Below are positions 47,022 through 60,129 of a stretch of DNA of 64,000 bases, one piece after another. Numbering within the stretch: the first letter of the stretch is position 1; each line of letters opens with the position of its first letter. This stretch comes from Marsupella aquatica (taxonomy: Eukaryota > Plantae > Marchantiophyta). Where the stretch lies: assembly GCA_973895155.1 (NCBI GenBank), contig OZ316898.1, positions 16,026,330-16,090,329 of the forward strand, read 5' to 3'. The notes beneath the pieces were generated by a model, which did not search any database, was not told the origin of the DNA, and saw only the letters and a list, made by a program, of their open reading frames with translations. The translations under genes and the position numbers were made by a program.

Positions 47022-49385
47022 GTGTGCTTTTTGTGTGTGGAGGTCTGAAGATTTTTTTTTGAGTGGCGGAGGCATGGTGGTTGTTATTTGTCTGGTTGCG
47101 ACTGCTATGAGGTGAAACATAGAGGAGAAATTCTGCTTGCGCAAGCGGAGAGAGGGTGGAATGCTCGATTGTTTTTCAGAATATGACCGGGCTAAGGAAA
47201 TTTTAAAGGAGTAAATAGCATGCACTGAAAAATAGCGATGGGCGAGAGAGTTCGGGCTGACAGATTATGATGAAGCGTTCGGGAGAAGGAAAATTCCAAA
47301 AATGAATGAGAATCTGGAGTTTTAGGGTGAAAAAATTGTGAGAGGAAGGGCGAATGATCGATTGTTGAAGCAGAAGGAAGAGGAAATGGGCGATGGGAAG
47401 GCGAGGAGTTGAAAGGAAGTTAGAGGGAGCAAGTTTAAGCGAAGGAAAGGAATGCAAGGGTGATTAAATGGAAGCAGGATGAGAACCGGGAGACGGTAAA
47501 TAAATTTCTTTTGAGAGGATCAGAGGGCAGGGAAATTGCTGAACGGGAAAAACTCGCGTTCTGAAGGCGAAGAAGTGAAACAGTATACGAAAACTTTTCT
47601 TTGTGAAGGAAGGGACGATTAAGACTGAAGGAGTTGACATGAGCTTGAATGGTGTAAAACAGCGGAGACGTGAGAAGATTAGAAAGAAGGCAATACAGGA
47701 AGGGGATTTGAGTGATAGGAGGGCATACCACCGAAGGGAAGTATCAAGCAAGACGAAACGACTGACATGACCGTGAGGGAATTCAAATTTTAACGAGAGG
47801 ACGATCGAGAAAAGAAAAGCAATATCAAGAGAACCAGAGAACTTGGAGAGCAATGAACGAGAAATGCGCGAGAACAGTTGCTTAAAGTTGAGGATGCCTG
47901 ATTGGATTCTAGTAGTGCTTGGCGAAAAGTCAGACAAGCGACAAGCAAGAAGAAAGCCAAAGTTTTTGAAGTGAACAATAAGCATTCAAGAGTGCAGGAC
48001 TGAAGAACAAAAAAGCTACTGACAGCTTAAGACAAACGAGAGGGTTGAATTCCGGTGTTAATTGTATTGTTTTGCTGAACTCTCATTAGACAGCCTTCAG
48101 TCGAGATTGATCGTGATGGGGAAACCTTCGTGAACGACACTGCGTTGTCACAGTTCGCTGAAACCCGACTTGGAATCACTGTCTGGTTTATTGGAACTCT
48201 GAAAAACAAAAGAAGTCTTCGATTTAAAGCTTGATTGACCAACTGGATGATTTTTCCTTGAGAAAGAAAACAAGTAGGAGTTCTACGGAAAACGCATGGC
48301 ACTTGGACTGGTACTAGAAGATGAGTGATAGGAACACAAAGAAAGGAAAGACCAAAGAGCAAGTGAACAGAGACCATCGAGAAGACACAAAGAAGGTTTA
48401 AGTCGTACTTAAAATGAGAAGACCGGAAGGCTTACAAACCAAAAAAAAGGAATGAAAGTACGAATGGATTGACAAGGAAGTTACTTGGTTTGAGAAGGTG
48501 AAGAGGAGTCTCTAAGCAAAACAAAGAAGGAAGTGAAATGATTGAGGGCAGGAATTAAGATTTAAATTTTTTTGTCTCGGACCTAAAGAGAAGTGACTTT
48601 ATGATATTGATTAAGAGGTTCAGGTTAGAAGTATGGATTACACCTGAATTTCTACATTTGAGATTTTGGAGGTTTGAAAGAAGCTACCAGTTGATATTGC
48701 TTCATTCTTTTATTGAGTGGAATCCAGTAATAGGTTCAATATTCAAACTAGGAACAGTACGTTGTGGATTTTCCTTGGAGGAACTAGGAAGATAGACTTG
48801 GTAGAAAGGATTTTGAAGGCATGGGGTATGAAGACAGCGGACGCAAGTTCTTTTTGCTTTGGGATTGGAAGCTTGAGGATAGAAAGAAGAAGAGCCAAGA
48901 AGAGGAATATAAAAGAAGCGATGACGTGAAAGAAGCCCGGCAAAGGTTGAAATTGTGTCCAACATGTTTGGGAGAGACCATCGATGAACCTGAAGCCGCG
49001 AACTGACCTGATAAGCTGAGTTTAGTGAGGAAACCGAGTTAGGAGATGAGCCACCAAAGAACACCTTGTAAACCTGAACCAAACTTCATATTTTGAAAAT
49101 GATTGAAATAAAAGGATGACTTAAAATTATTTTATGTGATTGTAAAATGCCCTTGTGATAAAAGTGTTTAATTGTTATGGAAATGTGAGTGGTTCATTGA
49201 ATTTAGATGAAAGTAGAAACTTAGTGTTTTAAGTTAAAATAGCTTAGTGTAATTTCATATTAAAAATGGAAACTGATTAGAATTAAGAAAGATTAAACTA
49301 ACTTAAGAAAATACTATGATAAATCCAAGTCCCTAAAAATATTAAAAGGTCTACTTTTATACCGCTTTAAACTGGTCCCCGGACA

Positions 49386-52300
49386 CCGTATCATCGGATC
49401 CGGATTGGAGGCAGACAGTACAAAGGCTTAAAAGCCCTTAAGCCAAGGTCAATCCAGCTATCGACTTAAGGTACATTCTGGCGGCGGAACACAAACTATA
49501 CCCATGACATTTTTATAAGTAGGAATTGGCGCACTTAGTGCTAGATTGTGGGAATAAGGTCCAGTTTGCACATCCCTCCTTGCCCCAAACCCTCAAAACT
49601 AATGAAGATTATGCCCATCAAAGTCGGAATCCGCACAAGGACAAAGCTTTTGGCGTGACATAGCCTTTGTTTTTGGCGCTAGATGGAGGGGGCATTCTAT
49701 GTATAGTAGAATGGAGACATGTGCGTATGTACCTGATCACGGGACCCGGGGTCCTGATAGTAACAAGTCATTGCATTTGTAAGGGTAAATGCCCGTCACT
49801 CGTTCTCAAGCGGCGTACTTGAGGAGATTGACAAGCAAACGAGAGAGTGCAACCACAACAAGCTCCAAATCTTCAGGCTCAGAGGACTCACAATCGCCTT
49901 GCCGGATGAACATACCACCGGGACCTTTGGGGTCCGGCCCAACAGGACCTGCTCCGGTCCGAGCTGTACCACCGCCAGTGCCACCACCGCCACTGATACC
50001 TATGGCGGCAGCCCCTCCGGCTGTGGCTCGCGCTGCCCAAGCTCCCCCACAAGTATCACAGCGATCATGGTTTCATTATTGACCTTTCAAAGGACGTCAT
50101 GGGGACGATCCAGATGAATGGTTGGATGAGTTTGAAGCCACTATTAAGGCCAACGGAGAGGATGCCATTAAGCTAACCGTTCTCCCCAGAGTAATGCGGG
50201 GAGAAGCTTGTCCATGGTACAACTCGCTGCTGCCCGGGATCACATGGCCCCAATTCCAAGCTGCGTTGCTACAAGAGTTTTGTGCCATTGGAGCGGAGCA
50301 GCGTTCCTTGTTGAAGATCGGCTAGCTTTGCATGGGAAAGAAGGAGTCCTTGCAAAAATTTATTCAGAAGTTCCAAAAACTTGCTACCAAGATCCGGCCC
50401 AGGCCAGGTGATGCGCTCTAGCTTATGTGGTTTCTCCACGGATTGCCCACGAATATGCAATTTTGGGTACACCAGAATAATCCAATTTCAATGCAAGCAA
50501 CCATAGTGTGCGCCAAAACATACAAGGAGTCCACCTATAACTCTCGGCAAAGCCAACGGGCACAACATAAGAAGAGCAAGTACGAGACCTTCAGTGACAG
50601 TGACTCCGAATCTGATGACAAGAAGAAGCGTAAGAAGAAGAAGAAACATCATTTGACCTCGTCCAGTTCGGAGACAGGGTCTATTTTGGACTCAACTTTG
50701 ACCAGTGGCTCCTCCACCTCAAGCTCCTTGGGAAGTGATTTGGAGAGCGAGACCCGGAGCAAGAAGAAGAAGCAGCATGCTAAGGAGGGGAAAATCAAAC
50801 CTCGTGTTCAAAGAACGATACCAGATCCTAAGGATGCTAAAATGGACAAGCTCAATGAAATCACTGATATCCTCAACGCATTGTTGGTACATCTTGCGGA
50901 GAAGCTCGTGGAGAAGAAGAAGCCATCCAAAATCCGAGCGCATGCGTGGTGCTCCAAATGCTTCCAATCGAGGCATGTTGTGCAAGAATGCTTGAGATGG
51001 AAGAATCGAGTCCATCAGGTGGAATTGGATGACGCTGATAGCCCAGGGCCAGAACCGGAGTCCATGGAGTATTTCTTTGAAGAACCACCTGACTCCGTGT
51101 ATCAGATTTCCACGGAGGGTCCTTGGAATTTGGCTGGCATAACTGCGTATCCATACACAAATGGTGGCAGAGGCTTCCATGTGATAAGTAATGGTAATGG
51201 TAATGGTAATGGTAATGGTAACCCAAGCATTCCTCCTAAACCAGGGATTTGGCAATCCCCGGTCTGTTACAATTTTGAGAAGCCTGGTCACTTTGCAAGG
51301 GAGTGCACGGAACAAAGACGCCAAGGAGATGGTCGAGGCATGCCACTATGTCAAGTGTGCAAAACGAAGGCTCATTCCACGGCCAATTTCCCATTGGTAA
51401 TTGCAGCACGAGCGAGCGTGGCTAGGCCGGCCCCAGGTGGACCAGCTTTGAGCGATGCAGTCGTTCAAATGATCATCGTAGAATGGCAAGATGATAACAC
51501 TGAGTGGGTCAACTTGGTTGATGTGATGAAACACCCCAATCCGTCGGATGAGGCCGAATGTTATTGAGTGTCAACCAGATCCAAACAAAAGCAAGAGAAA
51601 CAGGAAGAGAAACGCCGACGGAAGCAAGACACCACGCTAGTGCAGCCAACGGTAGAAATACCTCCGGAGGAGGACAACGACTATCGTTGGGATGACCCAA
51701 AGCTATTCTACCCCCATATCAAAGAGTTGGTAAAACAACAGTTGGAAGCATACAAGGCACGTGAATACCAAAAAGCAATCAATAAAGATCTAAAAGGAGC
51801 TGAGGCCACACAACGGGAAGAGCAAGAGAAGCCGGAAGCAAAAGCAAAGCTGCAGCCAAAGGAAGAAAAGAAGGAAGAATACGACATTTGACAAGATGTG
51901 AAGAGTTGCCCAGTCATAGCAACGGTAGGACAACTACTCCAGAATAATCCCTAGTACCGGCAACAACTAAGGGAGTTGCTCACGGGCCGACGGAGAAGAT
52001 GGCTACCACGGGTAGGAGTTGCGGATTGTAATATGATCTGCGAGGACCTGGGAGCGCCGGACATCTTGATCAAGATCAATAGCTGTACTACCAAGATGGT
52101 TCTTGTGGAAGGCGGAGCAGGAGTCAATATTATGACTGAGGAAACATCTGTAAAATTGGGCTATCTCACGTATCAACCTACAGCCCGAGCTATTCGATTA
52201 GCAAATGGTGCAAGGGTACTTCCCCTGGGCACGCTCACCAAAGTTCTCACCCTCGTAGGAGGCGTGGAGTTTTATCTAAACTTTTTGGTCATGAGGCCGG

Positions 52301-55300
52301 TTCGACCATCTTCTTACCCCATCCTCTTGGGGGGGTCGTGGCTGTACGGTGGCCGTGTAGTCACGGACTGGGGCAAGAAGGAGCTAAGATTTGGGACACC
52401 TCCGGTACGGGTATCATGGGCGGTGGACGATTATCAGGGCGAGACTCCACAGGGACCCAAGGAGTATGATTTGGAGACATTGGAGGAGGAAGAGCTCAAC
52501 ATGATTGAACTCGTTTTGTCCCTGTCTGGGGAAGATGTCTTTGGGATAGAGGCAACCCGGGAGACGCATCTCGTGAATTACCCAAAGGTTGCTATAGACG
52601 AAGCCACCCCGAGACTCTCTAGCGCCCCGATAGATGAACAGCAGGATTGGGCCATCAATACGGAGGACACAACTCCAGCTAAGCAGGGAGCCAATGCTGC
52701 CACCACCAATGCGGAATCTATTGACCAGGAACCGGCCAAACAACTGTCCGAAGCCAAAAACCCAAGACCAAAGCATAAGAAACGAGTCTCTTGGGATTTG
52801 TCCATCCTGCAATTAGAGGAAGCAACTCCAATTCCGAAGCCGATCCCGGTTCCACTCATATACGGAGGAGTTTGGTTAGCCGAGCTGGATGCAAGCCTGG
52901 ACCCGAGCTTGCGGAACCAGGTGGAGGTCATAAGGAAGGAACACTACCGGAAGTACACCATTGGGATGGATAAATCTTCCAACTTAGGCCATGCTCTGAA
53001 GGGAGAGGCGGAAAAATCCATCCAAGCATTGCTCAAGGAGTATGAAGATGTGTTTGCATGGAGCCATCACGATTTGACTGCAGTCTCCCCTAAGTTGGGA
53101 GAACACACGATTGATTTGAACCTAGGGGCCCATGCAATATGGCAGCGGCAACATCGCATGAACCCGAGGTACTCCATCTTAGTGAAGGAGGAAATTGATT
53201 GTCTCCTTGCCGCAGATATCATCTACCCAATAATGGCCAATGACTGGGTTTCTCCCATTGTCATCGTGCCAAAGAAGGGAGGTACAGACGGGAAGCCCAA
53301 AATTTGCATCTGCCAGGACTATTGCAAACTCAACGACGCCACCCAAAAGGATCACTACCCGTTACCATTCATGGATATGGTTCTAGATATGGTAGCCCGT
53401 AATGAAATATATACATTCCTTGATGGGTATTCAGGCTACAATCAAATCTGGATCCGACCCGCGGATCAGCTTAAAACCACTTTTACCACGGAGTGGGGGA
53501 TGTTTGCATTTTGCAGAATTCCATTTGGGTTGTGTAACGCCCCGGCCATGTTCCAAAGACTCATGATGAATATCTTCCATGACTTCCTCTGAGAATTCAT
53601 GGAAATATTTATAGACAACTTTGCCATCTTCGGAACCATTGCCATGCACCTCAAACATTTACGCTGTACGCTCCAACGATGCAAGAAGTAAATTTAAAGT
53701 TACATCCGGCAAAATGTTTCTTCGGAGTAGAGGAAGGAGTGTTACTTGGGCATCGTGTATCTAAATGTGGTATTGAGGTAGACCAGGAGAAGGTTGCGGC
53801 GTGGATGGCTGTCGTGTTCCCCGTGGATCAAAAATCCATACGTTTGTTCCTGGGTTGCGTAGGGTACTATCGCCGATTCATCAAAGATTTTGCTAAAATT
53901 GCGTTACCCTTAACGAAGATTATGAAGAAGGATGCTGTAAGTAGTGAGTAATTCCAAAGTCATGAAGAAAACCGGAAAATTTTTAAATTTTTGAAGTAGT
54001 TAAACTATATTTGCTGATAACTCGAGTAAACTAAACTCTGCCGAAGATTAAGAGTTTAAGAGTTGAAGAGTTGAAGTGTTTTAAGAGTTTACGGGTTTAC
54101 GAGTAAACCCTACTTTAATAGTTTAAGAGTTTAAGAGTTGAAGAGTTGAAGTGTTTAATAGTTTAAGAGTTTAAGGGTTTACGAGTAAACCCTACTTTAA
54201 GACTTTACGACTTTAAGAGTTGCGACTTGCGAACTGGCGAGCCCCGCGATTGTGATAGGCTCGGCTAACTCCAACGGGACTTTGCAACAAAACGAGGAGC
54301 AGGCCTTGAAGAGGGAAGGAATGCAAGACATAGGCGCTCATTACTGACTTCTCTTCCACCTTACCTCTCAAACTCTGCCCAGCTTCAACCGGTATTTCAG
54401 AGATGTCAAATGGAGACTTCGACCCTTCTATTCCAGGATGATGAATAGTGATGAGTTTCTGCATCACTATCCCCAAGTATATGCTGCCACCTGCAACAAC
54501 TATGATGTACTAGGGATATACAGAGAAGCTCTTCGTATAGATTCCTGTTATTTGATGAAGCGAATGCCTTTGATGTATCCTGAGAGACAACTGAGGTGCC
54601 TACCCTACTCTAGAGGATCCCCACGCCAAGCTAAGCTGATAGAGGTTACCCAGAACCGAATTGTTACCCTTGTGGAGTTACTAGAACCAGAGGACATCCG
54701 ACAGCAAGCTTGAAGAAGTCTCTAAGTGTTCTTAGTTAGTTTTTAGAGTAGTGCATCTTATCTGATTTTTAGAAATGTGTTCTAGAGCTTTAGAAGCTGT
54801 CATACTTCTTTAGGCTGTAGTCTGTACCTAGGAAACCCTGCTGGAAAAATTTCAGAGTTTTCTGAACCAGGAGTAGAAAGTTAAAAATAGTTGAATCTAC
54901 TCAATTTTTAGTATACCGAAATTAAGAGTTTAAGAGTTTAAGTTTTTACGTTTTTAAGAGTTTAAGTTTTTAAGAGTTTAAGAGTTCATACTTAGCCATT
55001 TTTTCCGGCTTTTCACTTACTGAATCGCCATTTTAAAATTTTGAGGGGTATGAAGAGGCATGTCTCTTCGACCCTGTGACCTCTTATTCTGTAGTTCATC
55101 ACTATTTATACCTCTTCCCCTAGTGTAGAGAGATGGTTAAGTTTTGCAGTTTTGCCTCTCCCTTGTGTTAAACTAGTTGATCATGAATCTATGAGTTCGA
55201 GATCAGGTTTAACATTTGGAGAGACTTACCTCCTTCTTGTATTTTGGAACCCAAATACTTGAAGTAAAACCTCAGTTATGAATCTCGTGAATTATAATGT

Positions 55301-56281
55301 CAGATTCCGCTTTGGTGACACATTGTAATCTCACAAGTTCTTAGAGTTAACTCATTGAGTTTAAGTTACATTGGAAATGATGTTTTCACCTTCATGTTGC
55401 TTAGTACCATCTAAATGCTGAAGTATTTATCCTTTTAGATCTTGACTAAGTATCACTTAGGAAGAAAGGTCAAGACATGTTGCCGGCATTTTAAAAGGAT
55501 ACTCTAGTATGCAGTTTAGATCTGAAAAGCCGTGTGGATTTGGATTTCCTTTAAAGTCATTCCATTATTACTTATGTCTAAGGAGTAACCTTGGTCTATT
55601 CCAGACTCCCTTAAGCATACTCTGAGAGATTTTTCCTTGTGTTTTGTTAATTGCAATCTTTTGCTTAATTGAAGGTTATCTGATGTTGAGTTATCATCAA
55701 AAACTACTCACCGCTGTGGAGCGATCTTCAAAGTACCTGATTAAAGTAGTCAAGATTGATTACTATGTGTGACACAAGAGCTTAAAGCTTTGTTTTTAGT
55801 TTATTACATCAAACCAACCCCATCTTGTTCTTAAAGGGAACGAATACCGAGTTTAGAGACTTTAAAATGTGATTTTTGGTTCTCTATGGCAAACTACAGA
55901 TGCAGTGATCAAAGAGACACCCCGGAGACGTGTAGCTTTTGAAGAACTCCGGCGCCGACTAAGCCAGCTGGACGAGGACGGTCACGACCACCCCATCTAT
56001 TTTGCTAGTCATCAGCTATTTACGGCCGAGAAAACTTATTCCCCCACCGATTGAGAAGCTCTAGGCATTATCTACTCGTGTAAGAAGTTCGGGCACTACC
56101 TGCTTGGATATAAAGTCATTGTTCATACGGATCATGATAGTTTAAAATACATGGTGAACAAAGCAGATGTCACGGGGCGGATAGCCAGGTGGGTATTGCT
56201 CTTACAGGAGTTTAGCTACGAGGTATGAGTTTGGCCAAGGAAAGCACACCTCAACGCCAATTTCTTTTCGAGACTAGACAG
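49386..56281 (+). mobile_element. Degenerate Ty3/Gypsy (Tat-like) element: LTR remnant, PBS, gag, PR, RT, partial RNase H
   Basis: LTR end GTGACA at 49660; TTTTGGCGCTAGATGGAGGG PBS-like sequence at ~49672-49691. Knuckles CSKC...H...C and CYNFEKPGHFAREC. VLVEGGAGVN protease. WVSPIVIVPKK, FLDGYSGYNQI, PFGLCNAP RT. HPIYFAS/HTDH RNase H. Confidence 0.9.
53936..55898. mobile_element. Solo LTR (1,963 bp) with TTAAGAGT microrepeat blocks
   Basis: TGTA...TACA termini. TSD GATGC at 53931-53935 and 55899-55903. The pol reading frame resumes after it. Confidence 0.9.
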
Positions 56282-56512
56282 TGTCTGGGGACCAGTTTAA
56301 AGCGGTATAAAAGTAAACTTTTAATGCTTTTAGGGACTTGGTTATATCATTGTATTTTCTTAGGTTGGTTCAATCTTTCTTAACCCTACTCAGTTTTCAT
56401 TATTATTACCAAATTACACTAAGTTGTTCTTATTTAAAACGCTAAGCCTTCACTTTCAACTAAATTCAACGCATCATTTTCATCTCCACAACAACTAAGC
56501 ATTTTCACCACA
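56282..56512 (-). repeat. LTR-end fragment, inverted homologue of ~49152-49385
   Basis: TGTCTGGGGACCAGTTTAAAGCGGTATAAAAGTA matches the reverse complement of ~49352-49385; looser similarity continues for ~230 bp. Confidence 0.75.
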
Positions 56513-56547
56513 ATAACATCTCATCATTACCATCACAACAAAATAAT

Positions 56548-57302
56548 TGTCGTGACATATGGAGTCGGTAGCATAAGATATCGAGACATGTATCATATGC
56601 ATCCAAGTAACACAACAAAATAGAAAACCAGAAAAATGATACATGGTTGTCCATTAACACCAAGATGAAAAAATGTTGGGGCATGAAAGTAAACCCCTGT
56701 ATGTAATACGTATGTAGCATGTAGAGTGAGTAGTACATAAGAAAACCAGCAGCATGCCATTATGTGCTGGGAGCATCTAAAGAGTCATAGCCAATCCTTA
56801 AATGTGTGGAGGTGCCATAGAGTGTGCTGCCATAGCCAAGTGCTTGCAATGCTAAAACTAAGACTCAAGAAGAACTGAAGTGAATGTGCAATAAGCAATC
56901 TAAGTATGTTGGCTCTGGAGTGCTCCTAACAAAGACTATTTGCTTCAAGAACAACCAGGGTTTGCTACAAGAACATTGCCCAAAGTGCTACTAAGAAGAG
57001 AATGCTTGCTTAGAGAACACCAAGCATATCTATTATAGCTTGCATATATGGCCTCTAAATGATGAACCTAAACTACTATAATATCCTAGCGGGCGTGCAC
57101 AGGGCATGGTGATGGGCGATGATAACCATGCACTGTCGCACGACAGCTGTCGTGACATATAGAGTCGGTAGCATAAGATATCGAGACATGTATCATATGC
57201 ATCCAAGTAACACAACAAAATAGAAAACCAGAAAGATGATACATGGTTGTCCATTAACACCAAGATGAAGAAATGTTGGGGCATGAAAGTAAACCCCTGT
57301 AT
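56548..57302. repeat. 155-bp direct repeat pair (56548-56702 and 57148-57302)
   Basis: Near-identical copies offset by exactly 600 bp. Confidence 0.9.
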
Positions 57303-57904
57303 CCCCCCCCAGACCTGAGCATGGAAATGGTCAACGGTCTGAGGATCAGCTTGGTGTGACATGGGTAACGTGTCACTTAATCGAACGCAGGTCCTAGATT
57401 AGGACTTATACGGTCATTAGGACCGTAGCCGTAGCGTAGAATAGCACGAGTAGCCATCTTTGCCATTATGAATAGATTAGGAGTAGGTTAGTTGACTGAA
57501 TGATTATAAATTAAGGAAGGGGATTATTACAATCGACTGAGGTACGGTGGCGGCGGCGGAGTAAAAATCCGTTAGGAGATCATGCTTGGACCGAGATGCC
57601 AACTTCAGCTCATTATCAACGACCAAAATGGCCTTGCCCTCTCACGCTCGAGCTCACCCTGGCACCTCCATAAGAGCAGAGTCGATGGCGCTACGACCCA
57701 TTTTCTCATTTCTACCTTTTGGAATTTGCGGACGCTGCCATTCACTCTTGCCTTTTGGTCACATCAAGCTACCTTTTACGAGGAACTTATCGAGGGTTAA
57801 GAGCGGATTGTGGCGGGATTTAGTCAAGGTGAGTAAGGCCGCACTAGCAAACGGAACTGCCAGGCGGGAACGCGGACTCAACAAACTAGATTACAAAGGT
57901 TAGT

Positions 57905-59430
57905 ATGACCCTTATAGCCTTGGGATTTTGGACCTTGTTTGGCGAGATAGGTGCTAAGTTCTTCAAGACTTACTGGTACTCTTGCCCCAAGAAAGCCGCT
58001 TACGAACAAAGATACGGGAAGTTGGTGGCCAAGGTAGCACAGGTTAACTATGAGAAGACGGCCATCACCAAGGATTCCAGTTACAACAAGCTGCGGGATT
58101 ACATCACCGAGCTATATATCAGCGAGGAGGGGTTTAGATCGGTAGCCAAGGCGATTCTTGAAGTCCTTGCAAAGTTCTTTAGGCTGAGGGGTAGCCAGAG
58201 ACTGACTCAAGCGGAGTTTGACAAGATTTTGGGATACATCGACCAGCAGATTGCAGCCGAGAAGCGTGAAGAAGACATCAGCAGACAACGGGAAGCGGCG
58301 CATAATCTTATGTTCCTCGGGGAAAGCTCCAATGCCTTCAACTGGGATATGGCTACCCTGACACCATCCCCAGCCCCTCAGCCAATAACCACCGGCATAC
58401 CACCAAACCGGTCCCAAGTCCGATCCGTGAACAACACCGAGTGTTCCTCGGATTTCGAGCATGTTAGTCCACAGCTTGAGCAGCGCTCTCGGAAGAGGGC
58501 AAGGACGACGCCGGCCCCCAAACCGACAACGCGAACCAACGTTGCCCCTACGCCTACCTCGGTGAACCCCCAACCAACCAGACCCAACGGCCCTTGGATA
58601 ATCCAAAGTCTAACTTATTACAGGTAATCCACATCCCCGAGGTAGTTTGGATCGCGATCAAGAAACCCGACCACGCGGACTATCTCAAGGAGCATCAATT
58701 GGAGCAGTTTGCTCACTTGCTATGGAGACCTTGCGCAGCCGGGCCAAAGGAGATTTGTGAGTTCATATCCAACTTTGACATTGACGCATCAACCACCAAG
58801 GTTTCAGGACAGACCTTATCACTCACGGAGTATTGGTTGGCACAGATCTTTTGTCTGCCAACCGGGCCGGTGTCGGTTGAACTCTAAATTCGGGATAAGG
58901 AGTATACACCTTGGCACTTCAAACCCGAGGGTAAGACAGACAATGGGTACAAGCAGGGGTCGTGCACCAACTTAATCTGTATGCAGCGGCTTAACTTCAT
59001 ATGGACTACCCTACACATGATTGAGCCACAATCCGAGATCTCCCTCTGTATGATCGTACAGATGGAATAATACAAACGGCGGAACTGGGCCCAATTCTTT
59101 TACCGTAGGTTCTCGGGGGAGCTTAAGCGGGCTCAAGGAGGTATGGCTATTGGGGGAAGGACCTACCTGGGAAGTCATATCGCCATCATCCTCGCTTGGT
59201 ACAAAGCACGGCGGGAGGCCAGGGGAAAGAATATGGCCACCTCATCCCCGACTAATGTCACCCCCGCTCCGGAGGAGGCTACCCCAAGCGAGCGAACTAC
59301 CACGCCTTGGGCAAACCCCGAGCCTGCAGCCCCGACTAATACTCCGTCACCTCCTTCTGTTGAAATTCTGCCACCCCCTTCCGTTGAGCCTCTACTACCC
59401 CCGGTACAACCACCCCCAATCCCTCTGTAA
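57905..59430 (+). pseudogene. Divergent homologue of the giant-unit PMD-like ORF (frameshift and two stops)
   Basis: Reading through the stops gives ICEFISNF...LAQIFCLP...DKEY...NGY...CTN...LNFIWTTLH..PQSEI...TYLGSHI, which aligns with LLEFVGSW...IAEVFGLP...DKEF...NGF...CTN...IDFLWVTMH..PRAEI...SRLGYHM. Confidence 0.75.
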
Positions 59431-59532
59431 ACCAAGAAAATAATTAAGTAGAATTAGTGGAGAAATGTCAAGCAGAAGATAATAGATCAAGTATTTAAGG
59501 GGATCAGTGGCAGGTAGAAATAGCTTAGTAAG

Positions 59533-60129
59533 ATGGCTGGGAGACTAACATTAGAAGGCACGACAATTTTTGCTATTTGGAGTAGTACTAGATTAGGGTT
59601 TTGCTATGAAGGATGCGATACCAAGCTAGGAGACGGTAGAGATTGCGCTCTGGGGGTGAAAGCAAGACAACGAAGGCAAATGGGAGAAGAACGATCGAAC
59701 GTTTTCAATAGGGATCGAGGCACTCATATTTGCAAGCTCGTAGGAGAGGAGAAGCCCATGTTCCAATTTATGATCCGCCTTAGGGAGGGAGACTGCCGAG
59801 TATGGAATGAAGCAGGGCAACAACTTTTTGGCATGAATGGTGAAACTTTCCAACGACAGTTGACTACTCAAGAAGCTGTTGAAGAATTTTGTAGGGGAAT
59901 CATGTCATCAAAGTGGAACCTGACGTTGGGACGAGAACTCGATCAACGACAATGTCACTGGTGGAGGCTAATCACTGCTGAACGAGTAATTGTTTTTTGG
60001 AACATTAGTGAACCAGAAGATCCATTGAATGTCTATCATGTGACATCAGAATTGAGAAGCTTAACCATTGGTAGTTCAGAAACCACGAGTCCAACCACCA
60101 ATCGTTTACAGAGATGTTCGATGCAGTAG
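59533..60129 (+). CDS. Possible RPA70 C-terminal (OB-fold, Zn-ribbon)-like protein, 198 aa
   Basis: FCYEGC...C...HIC followed by FQFMIRLREG..RVWNEAGQQLFGMNGETF, recalling RPA1 DBD-C. Recognised by eye only. Confidence 0.5.
   Translation: MAGRLTLEGTTIFAIWSSTRLGFCYEGCDTKLGDGRDCALGVKARQRRQMGEERSNVFNRDRGTHICKLVGEEKPMFQFMIRLREGDCRVWNEAGQQLFGMNGETFQRQLTTQEAVEEFCRGIMSSKWNLTLGRELDQRQCHWWRLITAERVIVFWNISEPEDPLNVYHVTSELRSLTIGSSETTSPTTNRLQRCSMQ

Larger units (their letters stand above)
41201..49385 (+). mobile_element. 3' portion of a Ty3/Gypsy element (integrase C-terminus, long 3' region, LTR end), hosting the giant LTR-like copy B
   Basis: ORF 41258-41557 GDWVLIY...KFAQRWRGPFVV...ATYSIRELD is a typical Gypsy integrase tail. 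The terminus ...GGTCCCCGGACA at 49385 is defined by its inverted copy starting at 56282. Continuity across the whole span is inferred. Confidence 0.6.

Noticed and set aside
47022-49100. Several Phe/Ser/Leu-rich minus-strand ORFs
   Set aside because: They follow from the purine-rich strand bias and show no domain motifs. A decayed antisense accessory ORF cannot be excluded.
48573-49385. Precise 813-bp LTR starting TGTCTCGGACC
   Set aside because: Resembles the inverted end, but there is no adjacent PPT or second full copy to confirm it.
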